Positions 1-11,191 of a stretch of DNA of 32,313 nt are shown here, piece by piece. The stretch covers positions 1 through 32,313 of the forward strand of contig CAXHJY010000727.1 of the NCBI GenBank assembly GCA_964016885.1. The letters run 5' to 3'. The stretch comes from Eledone cirrhosa (taxonomy: Eukaryota). A program made the position numbers and the translations under genes. The notes under the pieces were generated by a model. The model ran no database searches, was not told the origin of the DNA, and was given only the letters and a program-made list of their open reading frames with translations. The stretch's first letter is position 1. Each line of letters starts with the position of its first letter.

Positions 1-58
1 ACGCGTCACCAATCAATAAACGTAATGAAGACTTAACAAAATCGTCCTTGTATTATTG
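1..58 (+). mobile_element. PLE-like terminal remnant, family I (window starts inside the hammerhead 3' half)
   Basis: Homologous to the reverse complement of 15344-15410 and 8847-8887. Begins ACGCGTC-ACCAA, the equivalent of GAAACGCCCGTC-ACCAA in the 15.4 kb copy, followed by AATAAA. Confidence 0.55.
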
Positions 59-70
59 TATTATTATCAT

Positions 71-119
<49 letters not shown>

Positions 120-263
120 CACATATGCACACATACACATATACACACACGCACATATATATATATACACATAGATATATACATGTATATATATACGCGC
201 GCACACACACACACACATAACACATATATAAATTGGCAAGAGTTCAGCCGTGGGTCCCGATTC

Positions 264-790
<527 letters not shown>

Positions 791-1904
791 CGTGCCCTGG
801 ATAACAAAATATGACAAACTCGGCAGGAAACATGATGTGTTTCCCATTATTGCCTTTGAGCGGTGACCACATCCTCTCTAGGTAATCTATCGGGGAACTC
901 ACTGAACGGGGGCAAAAAACTCTTATGTATAGACATGTTTATGTATAGATGTAGGTACTGTTGTCCCTTCCTCATTTATCTGTCACAGTGGACAGCTACT
1001 GGTATGTATTTTTATATTTACTAAGCGACCAACTAACCAGTCAGCCGACCAGCCAACCAAGCCATTAATTTTCTTTATATATTAAAAAAAAAATTATACA
1101 TGACAAAAAAAGTACATTACTAGAAATTCCATATGCTATAAAATAAATTGGATGGGTTGGGGGGTCTCAATTTGTAAGCTAAACGACTAATTCTGGTTTT
1201 TTAAAAATATCAACGGAGACAACCTAGGAGAATTACCAATTTTCCAAACTGCTTTCTCTGCTTATTCCACCCCCATCCCCTATTATTTGGGACCCCAGCG
1301 TAAATGTCATCATATGGAACAAAATAATAAATTTTGCTGACGTCTGTAAGCTTCGAAGTTTCATTAAACGGAGTTAGAAGACCGGACCTGCCTTCAATGT
1401 TGATATACACGCTGTGATTCAGTGGGTGGTGGTAGTGGTGATGGTGGAGAGAGAGAGAGGGGGGGGGAGCTTCAAACAATATGCTGTAAAAACGAGGAGA
1501 AACTTGAACTAATCCACTTTGGATAAGAGGATGCACTTAAAAAACCATATTCTCTTCCCTCGGATTTAATTCTCGTGGCATAAAATAACAACAAAGAGCG
1601 TGATGATGTAACTGTCAATAACAACCTCAGCTAGTTTGGTTTCCTTGATGGGTGTACATCTATGAAACCACTGGTAACGTAGCGACACTCTCTCCAGAAG
1701 CAGCTTGGTTAAATCGGTGACAGGCCCAGGCATCGTTGCTCGACAAGCTAAAGGAAAGAGTAGTAGTAGTAGTAATATTAATTTAACACCGAGGTTCTCG
1801 GTGGACGCTACAACTCCCTGAGGGCGTTAAGATGATCCAAAGGGGGCGGTAGAGATGATATAATAGTATATTAAATATCAAATGATATATATTATATATA
1901 TATA

Positions 1905-1955
1905 TCATCATCATCATCATCATCCTTTAACGTCTATCTTCCACTCTAGCATGGG
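1905..1955 (-). mobile_element. Extreme 3' end of a retroposon with a (GAT)n tail
   Basis: (CAT)n-C(G/C)TTTAACGTCTATCTTCCAC...AGCATGG recurs at 29456-29503 and 31264-31305. Confidence 0.6.
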
Positions 1956-2145
1956 TTTTATATACATATATATATATCACGATAGATTAACGGAGCCATA
2001 GACTCTCGCTATTCCCTGTCAATAATGTGCTCAAAGGGGAAGGAATCCTGAGCTCTTTAAAATACAATATGTTGAAAAGGTAACACACTAGTGCGCCCTC
2101 AATAAAACAGAAAAAACCACCAGTGTTTAGAATCTATAACCTATG

Positions 2146-2314
2146 AAAGGCAGGGTAGACACACAGTAATTAAAAATATAAATTAAAGTGTATATACAAA
2201 CCTCTATAACTATATATATACACTTGTATATACACTTTAATTTAACTATATGTATATACACTTTGTATATACACTTTAATTTAGATTTTAATTACGAGTG
2301 TCTACCCTGCCTTT
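2146..2314. repeat. Inverted repeat (arms 2146-2200 / 2262-2314) with a tandem duplication in the spacer
   Basis: AAAGGCAGGGTAGACAC...AAATTAAAGTGTATATACAAA pairs with TTTGTATATACACTTTAATTT...GTGTCTACCCTGCCTTT. Confidence 0.8.
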
Positions 2315-2439
2315 AATCTGTTATTTTCATAATATTTGCTCTGGGGTTCTTATATATTGATAGATATTTATCCTTATCGAGCCCTCTTTGGGGTTTAGTC
2401 TTCACATTTATTATTATTAATAATGTATATATATAATGT

Positions 2440-2513
2440 TTAATATAGAAATGGCTTCTACAGGACTAGTACTGTTTCATTCGAAGAAAATCAAGCCCCG
2501 ATTGAACCTGGAC
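2440..2513. mobile_element. PLE-like remnant, family C (inverted arm plus tail tip)
   Basis: Minus-strand ribozyme 3' half joined to plus-strand CCCCGATTGAACCTGGA. Homologous to the 9791, 19328 and 20401 copies. Confidence 0.7.
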
Positions 2514-2568
2514 ACACACACACACACACACACATATATAGAAATATTCATGACTATATCTATAATAT

Positions 2569-2599
<31 letters not shown>

Positions 2600-2948
2600 T
2601 CATGTATATACGTAGGTATATGCGTGTTTATATATATATATCTATATGTATGTACATACGTATATGTATGTATACACATGTATATACATGTATATATGCA
2701 TATGTACGTATATATACACATGTGTGCGTATGAATATATATACAAATGTCTATATGCATATGTACGTATATATACACGTATGTGTATGAATATTTATATA
2801 CAAATGTATGCATATGTACGCATGTATGCGTATGAATATATATATATATTTATATATATATTTATATTTATATATATATATATATTATATTATATATATA
2901 TATATATTTATATATATATTTATGTATATATTTATATATATATATATT

Positions 2949-2979
<31 letters not shown>

Positions 2980-3004
2980 TTATATATATATATATTTATA
3001 TATA

Positions 3005-3047
<43 letters not shown>

Positions 3048-3100
3048 TTATATATATATATTTATATATATATATATATTTATATATATATTTATATATA

Positions 3101-3412
<312 letters not shown>

Positions 3413-3494
3413 TTATATATACATATATGTATAAAAATGAGTGAATATATATATATAAATATCTATGTGTATATATGTATATAAATGAGTATGA

Positions 3495-3536
<42 letters not shown>

Positions 3537-3538
3537 TC

Positions 3539-3572
<34 letters not shown>

Positions 3573-3882
3573 TCGTATATATATATATATATACGAGTAT
3601 ATATATATATATATAATCATTACACGGTATTTTAACGATCATTGAATTAGTTTACTGTAGACTTTGCTTACAGATAAATACTCGATGCATTTGATGAACG
3701 CACACACACATACACACACACATATATATATATATATACATACACACATACACAATGAAATAGTGTTAATGTGCAATCAATGAATAGCAATGATTAGGGA
3801 TTACTGAAGCAGAAAACAAGCCTCGTAAGAGTGTGTGTATATGTGTAATGTGTGTATATATGAATATGTGTAATGTGTGTGT

Positions 3883-3914
<32 letters not shown>

Positions 3915-3964
3915 TGTATATACACAAAGCCACAAATTGTGCAAACGTGTACAATTGCTCTCAG

Positions 3965-4108
3965 CGCCACCAACCGACCAGTACCGGTACCAACCACGCT
4001 GGCGCTAATTTTATCGACCCCTAATACGTTGAAAGACAAAAGTTGGAACAACAACGAACGCTTGAACTCGGAATAAAAGGGCTTAGAGTGAGGAAATAAA
4101 TAGACAGA
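3965..4108 (-). mobile_element. Degenerate tRNA-derived SINE
   Basis: Diverged match (ATTTTATCGACCCC...GAAAG-CAAA...TTGAACTC) to the SINE at 4123. Confidence 0.55.
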
Positions 4109-4122
4109 CAATAATAATAATA

Positions 4123-4305
4123 ATTGTTTCTACTTTTGGCACAAGGCCAGCAATTACCAGTGCATTACTGGTACTTTATTTTATCGACCCCGTAAGGATG
4201 AAAGGCAAAGTCAACCTCGGCGGGATTTGAACTCAGATCGTAAAGGGACGTAACTATGCTGGAAAGCATGGCGTCCGACCCTCTACCGATACTGCCAATC
4301 CACCG
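4123..4305 (-). mobile_element. tRNA-derived SINE (octopus type), near full length
   Basis: Minus strand has an A-box-like TGGCAGTATCGGTAGA and B-box GAGTTCAAATCCC. Flanked by (AAT)n. Several homologues in the window. Confidence 0.9.
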
Positions 4306-4321
4306 AATAATAATAATAATA

Positions 4322-4832
4322 ATATCATTTATTGGCCACAAGGACCGACATGTAGGGGACAATACAAAGACAGGGACAGTGGGGGTTTACAAAAAACTCG
4401 AGTAAAAGTGCACTATGGCAAGACTAATTTTAAGAATGAAAATATAAAATATATAAAATAAACTATGCTTAAATATAACAAAATAAATTCTCCAATAGGG
4501 GGGGGGGGGCGTCCCAGGGGTGACTCAGGTACCCCACCAATCCTAAACCACCCTGCGCTTCTGGGGCACCCGGGGAGAGCACTCCCTCTCCTCTTCAAAT
4601 TAGCCAGCCTATAGGTGCATGGTCAGAGTAGGCTCATTCACACGGGCCATTCTCGTCACATTCATCCACCTTTTAGCGAATGTACTGGAGGATGGGGCGG
4701 GGGGCAGCACTACACTCTCCACCCTCACCTTCCTTTCCAGGTGAAACTTGAAGAAGTTGATGAGGGATTGGCCGAAGAGAAAAGTGTTTCTCTTCAGTCC
4801 TTTCAATCTGGTCCACCATACAGAGTAGGGTG
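4322..4832 (-). mobile_element. L1/Tx1-like LINE 3' fragment (ORF2 C-terminus plus 3' UTR)
   Basis: Minus-strand CVWWTRLKGLKRNTFLFGQSLINFFKFHLERKVRVE...FAKRWMNV resembles the Tx1-type ORF2 C-terminus. AATAAA at 4328-4333 (minus) precedes an (ATT)n tail. Confidence 0.6.
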
Positions 4833-4860
4833 GCAGTCTTCAGACTAAAGGGACAATAAA

Positions 4861-5037
4861 TGTTTCTACTTTTGGCACCACAAGGCCAGCAATTATCCCA
4901 GTGCATTACTGGTACTTTATTTTATCGACCCCGTAAGGGTGAAAGGCAAAGTTGGCCTCGGCGGGATTCGAACTCAGAACGTAAAGGGCCGTAACTCTAT
5001 GCTACAAAGCAGAGCTTCCGACCCTCTACCGATACTG
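4861..5037 (-). mobile_element. tRNA-derived SINE, slightly 5'-truncated
   Basis: High similarity to 4123-4305. Confidence 0.9.
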
Positions 5038-5284
5038 AGGGTTAATAAATAATGCTGAAACACACTCGCATACAACTCTGGAAACCCCAAATCAATAGAA
5101 AGACTTTAAGGATTGATGCTAGAGCTGTGAAAGCTTGCATGCGTTAATTTCAAATTTCAACTCTTCTTTTAAATAACTGCATTGTTTCTTTCCAGGAACT
5201 ATGCTGAAAAATAAACCTCATTTGGTCATTCTTTGAGGGTATCTTGTTCAGCATATGGACCCTTTCATCTAACCCTCGTACCTC

Positions 5285-5398
5285 GGTTGGCTGTGGAATG
5301 TAGTTAGGCCGTCGTAGTTCAAATCCTGCCGAAGCCAACTTTGTCTCGCGTTCCTTCGAGATTTGAGGAAAAAAAGTGAATTACCAGTCATTTATTAG
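5285..5398 (+). mobile_element. Degenerate SINE
   Basis: AGTTCAAATCCTGCCGAAGCCAACTTTG...TACCAGT matches the SINE body. Confidence 0.6.
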
Positions 5399-5477
5399 GG
5401 GCTCAAGACCAGAAATTCTTAACGGGAGTTCAGGAGGTGGAGAGTAACATATATTATATCTACCTCCGTATATGACT

Positions 5478-5605
5478 GCTACTTTATTTTATCGGCCCCA
5501 CCACCTCTATAGTACGACGGATGAAAGACGAAGTTGATCTGGGTGGTATTTGAAACCCAAACAGTTAAGGGGTCTTAACTAAAAGCCACAAAACATGTCG
5601 TCCGG
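5478..5605 (-). mobile_element. Degenerate SINE
   Basis: TACTTTATTTTATCGGCCCC...GGATGAAAGACGAAGTTGA...ATTTGAA matches the SINE body. Confidence 0.6.
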
Positions 5606-5748
5606 TGTTCCACAGCTTCTATACATATATCGATAAAAATTACAGGGGTATATTTAAAGATTATTTTATTTTTATCTTATTTATCTTATTTATCTTATTT
5701 TATTTATTTTATTTATATCTTATTTATCTTATTTTATTTATTTCATTA

Positions 5749-5806
<58 letters not shown>

Positions 5807-5862
5807 TATTATTATTTTTTTTTTTTTTGCTTTATTTCGAGGGAATAAATAATTTTATAATT

Positions 5863-6160
5863 CAGGGGCGGTGGAAGCATTTCTGACTTAGGAGCAGTAG
5901 GGTGTGCAAATGTGGTCACTTTAGCTGTAGTGATTAGTTTAGCTGTTATTATCAAATATCAACCGAGATATAATAAAACAAATTAAAAAAACTTCGATAT
6001 GCGATAAACATAACATAAACACGTAAATTGTAGCGCACATAGAAATCGATGTGTGTTTTGGTAGTTTGGGGATAAACATATATAATTATGTGGGGAGGGG
6101 GGGGGGGGCGTGTAGTGCCTGTACACCACCACTTCCCCACCCCCAGTTCCACCACCCCTG
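5863..6160. mobile_element. MITE with 14-bp TIRs (hAT-like CAGGGG ends)
   Basis: CAGGGGCGGTGGAA (5863-5876) / TTCCACCACCCCTG (6147-6160), one mismatch. TAATT lies on both flanks. Confidence 0.65.
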
Positions 6161-6484
6161 TAATTGTTGCATTAAATGGATTTCAACCAGTTACGATATA
6201 ACTATGTAAATCATCAGTCCCATCTGGTCACATATTTTGTCAGCTTGATTCTACCTTAGAATTAATTTTAACGTCATACGGAACATTCAGCCATTTAAAC
6301 GCTAATTCACACCTATACTGGTTTAGTATACACAAATATAAATTCAGCGAGAATCGCATTTCGGCGGGGAGAAAGAAGTTTGACATGGTTCGCGATACAG
6401 TAAGAGCTTTATTCACTATCCACTACAAGAACTACTCCAGCTGGAGAACATCTAAGTGGACTGCCATAACGATAACCTGTTATC

Positions 6485-6564
<80 letters not shown>

Positions 6565-6566
<2 letters not shown>

Positions 6567-7006
6567 AAAGTTATATTTAAATTGTTGGGTTACAACTAGT
6601 AAATATTTATAACTGATATAAAAGCACTCGACAAATATTTGGAGTATATTTACAATATTAAATAAATGGAAACTATATTTATAAAACCATATTTATTTCA
6701 TTATATATATTTCAGGGATATCATATTAACAATATGCTATGCCTTCCTCAGACAAAATACAATATAAACAGTTTTATAGATAAATAGATTCGACATACCG
6801 TAACAACATCGACTTGTATTTGAAAATCAACCTTTTCAAATACAAGTCGATGTTGTTACGGTATGTCGAATCTATTTATCTATAAAACTGTTTATATTGT
6901 ATTTTGTCTGAGGAAGGCATAGCATATTGTTAATATGATATCCCTAAAATATATATAATGAAATAAATATGGTTTTATAAATATAGTTTCCATTTATTTA
7001 ATATTG

Positions 7007-7014
<8 letters not shown>
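6565..7014. mobile_element. PLE-like asymmetric foldback, family A copy 1
   Basis: Arms 6645-6826 / 6833-7014 are near-perfect, with an 80-bp tail (6565-6644) on the long arm. Hammerhead in each arm (CTGAGGA at 6908; GAAA is intact in the minus-strand arm). (TA)n on both sides. Confidence 0.85.
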
Positions 7015-7043
<29 letters not shown>

Positions 7044-7045
<2 letters not shown>

Positions 7046-7218
7046 CGAAGGAAATGTGGTAAGGAACCAGGTGGACCATAACGCACCAAAGTACTCAATA
7101 CTTAGGGTAGTAGAGTGGGTAATAGGAACGAGTAGGACCCCGACGGCTGAGCTCAAGCCGTTTCGACGGCTAATTCCGTCGAAACGGCTTGATCTCAGCC
7201 GTCGGGGTCCTACTCGTT

Positions 7219-7223
<5 letters not shown>
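7044..7223. mobile_element. PLE-like asymmetric foldback, family B copy 1
   Basis: Arms 7122-7169 / 7176-7223 carry GAAA-CGGCT-loop-AGCCG-TC (hammerhead stem III plus GUC site). Tail 7044-7121. Lies in (TA)n. Confidence 0.8.
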
Positions 7224-7250
<27 letters not shown>

Positions 7251-7253
<3 letters not shown>

Positions 7254-7545
7254 ACAAATTTCGCTCTACATGGCTGAATGCAATAAATGTAATCTGAGTT
7301 TTTCGAATATTAATAATAACATTCGATTCGTTTAAAATTATGCTAACAAGCCTCAATTTTATAGCCATGTCAGTAAAATGAACCCCTGAGCTGTACTGAT
7401 GAAGGGTGATACCCAGAAACAGTGTCTGCAGTTCTGTTTGCATGTCAACACAAGAGCAAGAATGAAGGGTTCATTCTACTGACATGGCTATAAAATTGAG
7501 GCTTGTTTGCATAATTGCAAAAGAATCGAATGTTTTTATTAATAT
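7251..7545. mobile_element. PLE-like asymmetric foldback, family F
   Basis: Arms 7307-7387 / 7465-7545, tail 7251-7306, complete hammerhead in the spacer. Single-arm homologue at 10992-11118. Confidence 0.8.
7388..7434 (+). ncRNA. Type I hammerhead ribozyme (minimal)
   Basis: Stem I GAGCTGTA/TGCAGTTC; CTGATGA 7396-7402; stem II GGGT/ACCC; GAAA 7416-7419; GTC site 7424-7426. Confidence 0.8.
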
Positions 7546-7548
7546 ATA

Positions 7549-7591
<43 letters not shown>

Positions 7592-7695
7592 TCGGCACGA
7601 TTACTCTCATAACTTGATTACTGGTGTTTCCGAGCTTAGCACTTCAGGCACTTCCATCCCGTCCGTCCCCTCAATCTATTTTATTTCTCATTCTT

Positions 7696-7731
7696 TCTTC
7701 TGATGAAGGATTAGCGTCCGAAACGTTAAGA
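7696..7731 (+). ncRNA. Type I hammerhead ribozyme (minimal) in a PLE-like terminus of about 7590-7820
   Basis: TCTT-CTGATGA(7700)-A-GGA/TCC-GAAA(7720)-CGTT-AAGA, with palindromic AACGTT at stem III. Confidence 0.7.
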
Positions 7732-7822
7732 CCCTCTTCCTGCTATATCAAGCGTTAACTTAATATATACCTTCCATATGCTGTACCGATTTTGTGTTAT
7801 TATTTCTGTTTACCTTTTACAT

Positions 7823-7859
<37 letters not shown>

Positions 7860-7864
<5 letters not shown>

Positions 7865-8134
7865 ATACTTTGGGAGGGTCATGTTGCCAATAATAAACAC
7901 ACGCACCAGTTGCTTTCACTTCAATTTATTATATATTTATAAATTTATAAATTTACAAATTTACAAACTTATAAATTTCTGGTTGGTTGGTTGGTTCCAC
8001 AACCAGATAGTTGTTTATATATAGTCATAGTCCTTTCGTCACACACTCTGTGACCTCTTCCCAAAGTATAACAATATCGGTTTCAACACACGATTTCAGA
8101 TAAAGAATCTTGCTAAACAAATTCAGAAACGAAA
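7860..8134. mobile_element. Family D copy 2, inverted arm plus tail
   Basis: 7860-8008 is the reverse complement of about 3216-3352, and about 8051-8134 is direct to about 3330-3412. The two parts overlap only at CCCAAAGTATAACAATA. Confidence 0.75.
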
Positions 8135-8159
8135 TATATATATATATATATATATATAT

Positions 8160-8612
8160 GGAAAGTTATATTTAAATTGTTGGGTTACAACTAGTAAATA
8201 TTTATAACTGATATAAAAGCACTCAACAAGTATTTGGAGTATATTTACGATATTAAATAAATGGAAACTATATTTATAAAACCATATCTATTTCATTATA
8301 TATATATTTCAGGGATATCATATTAACAATATGTTATGCCTTCCTCAGACAAAATACAATATAGACAGTTTTATAGATAAATAGATTTGACATACCGTTC
8401 AACATCGACTTGTATTTGAAAAAGTGCCAAATCAACTTTTTCAAATACAAGTCGATGTTGAACGGTATGTCAAATCTATTTATCTATAAAACTGTCTATA
8501 TTGTATTTTGTCTGAGGAAGGCATAACATATTGTTAATATGATATCCCTGAAATATATATAATGAAATAGATATGGTTTTATAAATATAGTTTCCATTTA
8601 TTTAATATCGTA
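8160..8612. mobile_element. PLE-like asymmetric foldback, family A copy 2
   Basis: Arms about 8246-8425 / 8435-8612, tail 8160-8245. Intact hammerhead cores in both arms (CTGAGGA 8512, GAAA 8550). Confidence 0.85.
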
Positions 8613-8690
8613 TATATATATATATATATATGTTGATTTAAAACTGCACTATCCACAAGTGTTTTTTAGCCTTCATATCATGTTCTCCTG

Positions 8691-8757
8691 TTTTATCTGA
8701 TGAAAACACAAATATTATTGCATGATGATGTTTGTTTTTGAAATGCGCATAATAAAA
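8691..8757 (+). ncRNA. Type I hammerhead ribozyme in a (TA)n-flanked insert (8630-8797)
   Basis: Stem I TTTTAT/ATAAAA; CTGATGA 8697-8703; stem II ACAAATAT/ATGTTTGT; GAAA 8740-8743; palindromic ATGCGCAT; ATA site. Confidence 0.8.
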
Positions 8758-8794
8758 TACATGGAACTCTTTTAACCATCTTTTGATCTTATAT

Positions 8795-8835
<41 letters not shown>

Positions 8836-8899
8836 ACACACACACAGGGACGAATGGTTACTCCTTCATTACGTTTATTGGTTGGTAAGAAGGCGCTAG

Positions 8900-9038
8900 A
8901 TACCCAGGGAGTGTAACGCGAAGTTACTGCAGGGTCACCCGGGTGTCTAGCTCTACACCTCGCTACTGATGTGAACCCAAACATTGAGGGCTCACCTGGG
9001 TGAACCTACAGTAACTTCGCGTTAGACTCCCTGGATAT
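8900..9038. repeat. 46-bp inverted repeat (8900-8945 / 8993-9038)
   Basis: Five mismatches by eye. Adjoins a family I tail at 8847-8887. Confidence 0.8.
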
Positions 9039-9040
9039 GC

Positions 9041-9119
<79 letters not shown>

Positions 9120-9297
9120 TATGCACACGTATATACACACATATACACATATGTACGTATGGGTTATAAACAAACGACCTAATTTGAAGCTGTGCCTTGG
9201 CGGTGACCGATCGTCACCTGTGTTCAACACAGCTGTGCTGGGCGTGAAATAAAATTCTAATTTAAGGGTGACAGCAGCGATTCTTTGCTTTAATCTG

Positions 9298-9377
<80 letters not shown>

Positions 9378-9378
<1 letters not shown>

Positions 9379-9499
9379 GTGACAAATGGAACGGGAACAA
9401 AACAAAGAGGCAGTACGAACAAAGGTTTATTAGTTTCACGCTCTTGAGAGTGTGGTGGTGGGGGGGGGGTGTTTAGGGCATAAGCCCTTCTTCAGGCGA

Positions 9500-9502
<3 letters not shown>
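9378..9502 (-). mobile_element. PLE-like terminus with a degenerate hammerhead
   Basis: Minus strand TTTTCGC-CTGAAGA-A-GGGC-TTAT-GCCC-TAAAC (GAAA mutated), then GCGTGAAA and AATAAA. (TA)n flanks. Confidence 0.55.
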
Positions 9503-9530
<28 letters not shown>

Positions 9531-9533
9531 ATA

Positions 9534-9604
<71 letters not shown>

Positions 9605-9671
9605 ATATATATATACATGTGTGTGTGTGTGTGTATATAAATGTGTGTATGTATATAAATGTGTGTGTGTG

Positions 9672-9743
<72 letters not shown>

Positions 9744-9755
9744 CATGTGTATATA

Positions 9756-9790
<35 letters not shown>

Positions 9791-9793
<3 letters not shown>

Positions 9794-9966
9794 ATTCCGG
9801 GTTGAATCGGGGGTAACCTCACTAAGTAAGGTACTCAATACATAGCAGAGTATACATGTTTAAATATAGAAAAGCTTCTACAGGACTAGAACTGTTTCAT
9901 TCGTGAGAAATCATTCTCACGAATAGAAACAGTTCTAGTCCTGTAGAAGCTTTTCTATATTTAAAC
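9791..9966. mobile_element. PLE-like asymmetric foldback, family C
   Basis: Arms 9858-9909 / 9914-9966, tail 9791-9857. GAAA-CAG...CTG-TA-GAAGC ribozyme half in both arms. Confidence 0.8.
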
Positions 9967-10009
9967 TATATATATATATATATATATATTATATAGGAAA
10001 GAGAGAGTT

Positions 10010-10085
<76 letters not shown>

Positions 10086-10231
10086 TACATTAGTCATATC
10101 ATACAGATACATACGTATACTATTACAACTCAAACCTATGTAGGTATAGCTGACCCCTTACAAGGCTGGATCTCAGGTGTCTTTGATGTTTTAATGTAAG
10201 GGGCCCCAGTTACATTACACACACACACACC

Positions 10232-10376
10232 ATTCCTGATGATTTCATACGAATGAAACAATTCTAATCCTGTGCAAAGTCATTTCTATATATATAATAA
10301 AGATGCCTATACCCCCCCCCCCCCTACGTAGTGAGTACCTTTGTTAACTGTAGTTGCCCTCCGACACCACTTGGAA

Positions 10377-10379
<3 letters not shown>
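10232..10379 (+). mobile_element. Degenerate family C copy
   Basis: CTGATGA 10236-10242, TTTCATACGAAT-GAAAC, and a diverged tail containing GAGTACC. Confidence 0.6.
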
Positions 10380-10415
<36 letters not shown>

Positions 10416-10474
10416 CAAGGTTCTGATACCATCAACACTATACACACAGAGCTGGCTTATCTAAGAACTGACTC

Positions 10475-10530
10475 ACTGCCTGATGAGGTCATAGCCATTC
10501 AATGGCTATCATCGAAATATATATAGCAGT
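10475..10530 (+). ncRNA. Type I hammerhead ribozyme in a (TA)n-flanked insert (10411-10576)
   Basis: Stem I ACTGC/GCAGT; CTGATGA 10480-10486; stem II GGT-ATAGCCAT/ATGGCTAT-ATC; GAAA 10514-10517; TATATATA stem III; AATAAA follows. Confidence 0.85.
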
Positions 10531-10571
10531 AAATAAAGGATTATGAGTTCATGCAATTGACTTATGCTTCG

Positions 10572-10650
<79 letters not shown>

Positions 10651-10658
<8 letters not shown>

Positions 10659-10742
10659 TATGATCGTTGGCAAATCACTGATGAGGGACTCATTTTATAA
10701 CATGTTATCCATGTGCAACCTGCAGTATTCTTCTCCCCATTT

Positions 10743-10746
<4 letters not shown>
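10651..10746 (+). mobile_element. (TA)n-embedded repeat, family H
   Basis: Homologous to the reverse complement of 29541-29642. Begins GAAATATC, a possible ribozyme 3' half. Confidence 0.6.
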
Positions 10747-10793
<47 letters not shown>

Positions 10794-10797
10794 TATA

Positions 10798-10949
10798 ATA
10801 GTAGAACACTGGAGGTTATATCCGTAGTAGTAGAGCAATCAGTCCATGGCACGAGTTTGGAGACCAAATAAGCTGAGGGTCTGAATAAGGTGGAACAATT
10901 GTTCTCGGTATGGTGAACTAACTGTTATTACCCACCAGTGTTCTACTAT
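10798..10949. repeat. 152-bp insert with 15-bp terminal inverted repeats in (TA)n
   Basis: ATAGTAGAACACTGG (10798-10812) / CCAGTGTTCTACTAT (10935-10949). Confidence 0.7.
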
Positions 10950-10991
10950 ATATATATTTATATATGTATATATATATATATATAATTAAAA

Positions 10992-11118
10992 AAATGCCAA
11001 CACAAGAACAAGAATGAGGGGTTCATTCTACTGACATGGCTTTAAAAATGAGGCTTGTTTGCATAATTGCAAACCGATTTGAATGTTATTAATATTCGAA
11101 AAACTAAGATTACATATG
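10992..11118 (+). mobile_element. Family F single-arm copy
   Basis: Matches 7442-7545 and continues into the tail seen on the minus strand at 7285-7306. Confidence 0.75.
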
Positions 11119-11191
11119 TTTTATTCATTCTGACGACTGAAGACAGATATAAATATCTGTCTTCAAGAAACCACTGGTAAATAAAATAAAA
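11119..11191 (+). ncRNA. Type I hammerhead ribozyme
   Basis: CTGACGA 11130-11136; long stem II TGAAGACAGATAT/ATATCTGTCTTCA; GAAA 11167-11170; stem III CC-ACT-GG; GTA site; weak AT-rich stem I. Confidence 0.75.

Noticed and set aside
1640-1760. GAAACCACTGGTAA identical to the 11167 ribozyme half
   Set aside because: No CUGANGA or stem I, and no (TA)n flanks. The surroundings look like a decayed repeat.
7056-7277. Recurrent peptide [24 protein letters not shown] (also 15175, 15567, 31095)
   Set aside because: Antisense reading of the family B tail. It recurs because the repeat recurs, and no domain is recognisable.
10651-10700. Circularly permuted (type II) hammerhead, with GAAA preceding CTGATGA
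   Set aside because: Stem I cannot close next to an NUH site and there is no stem II partner. More likely a type I 3' half plus a chance heptamer.
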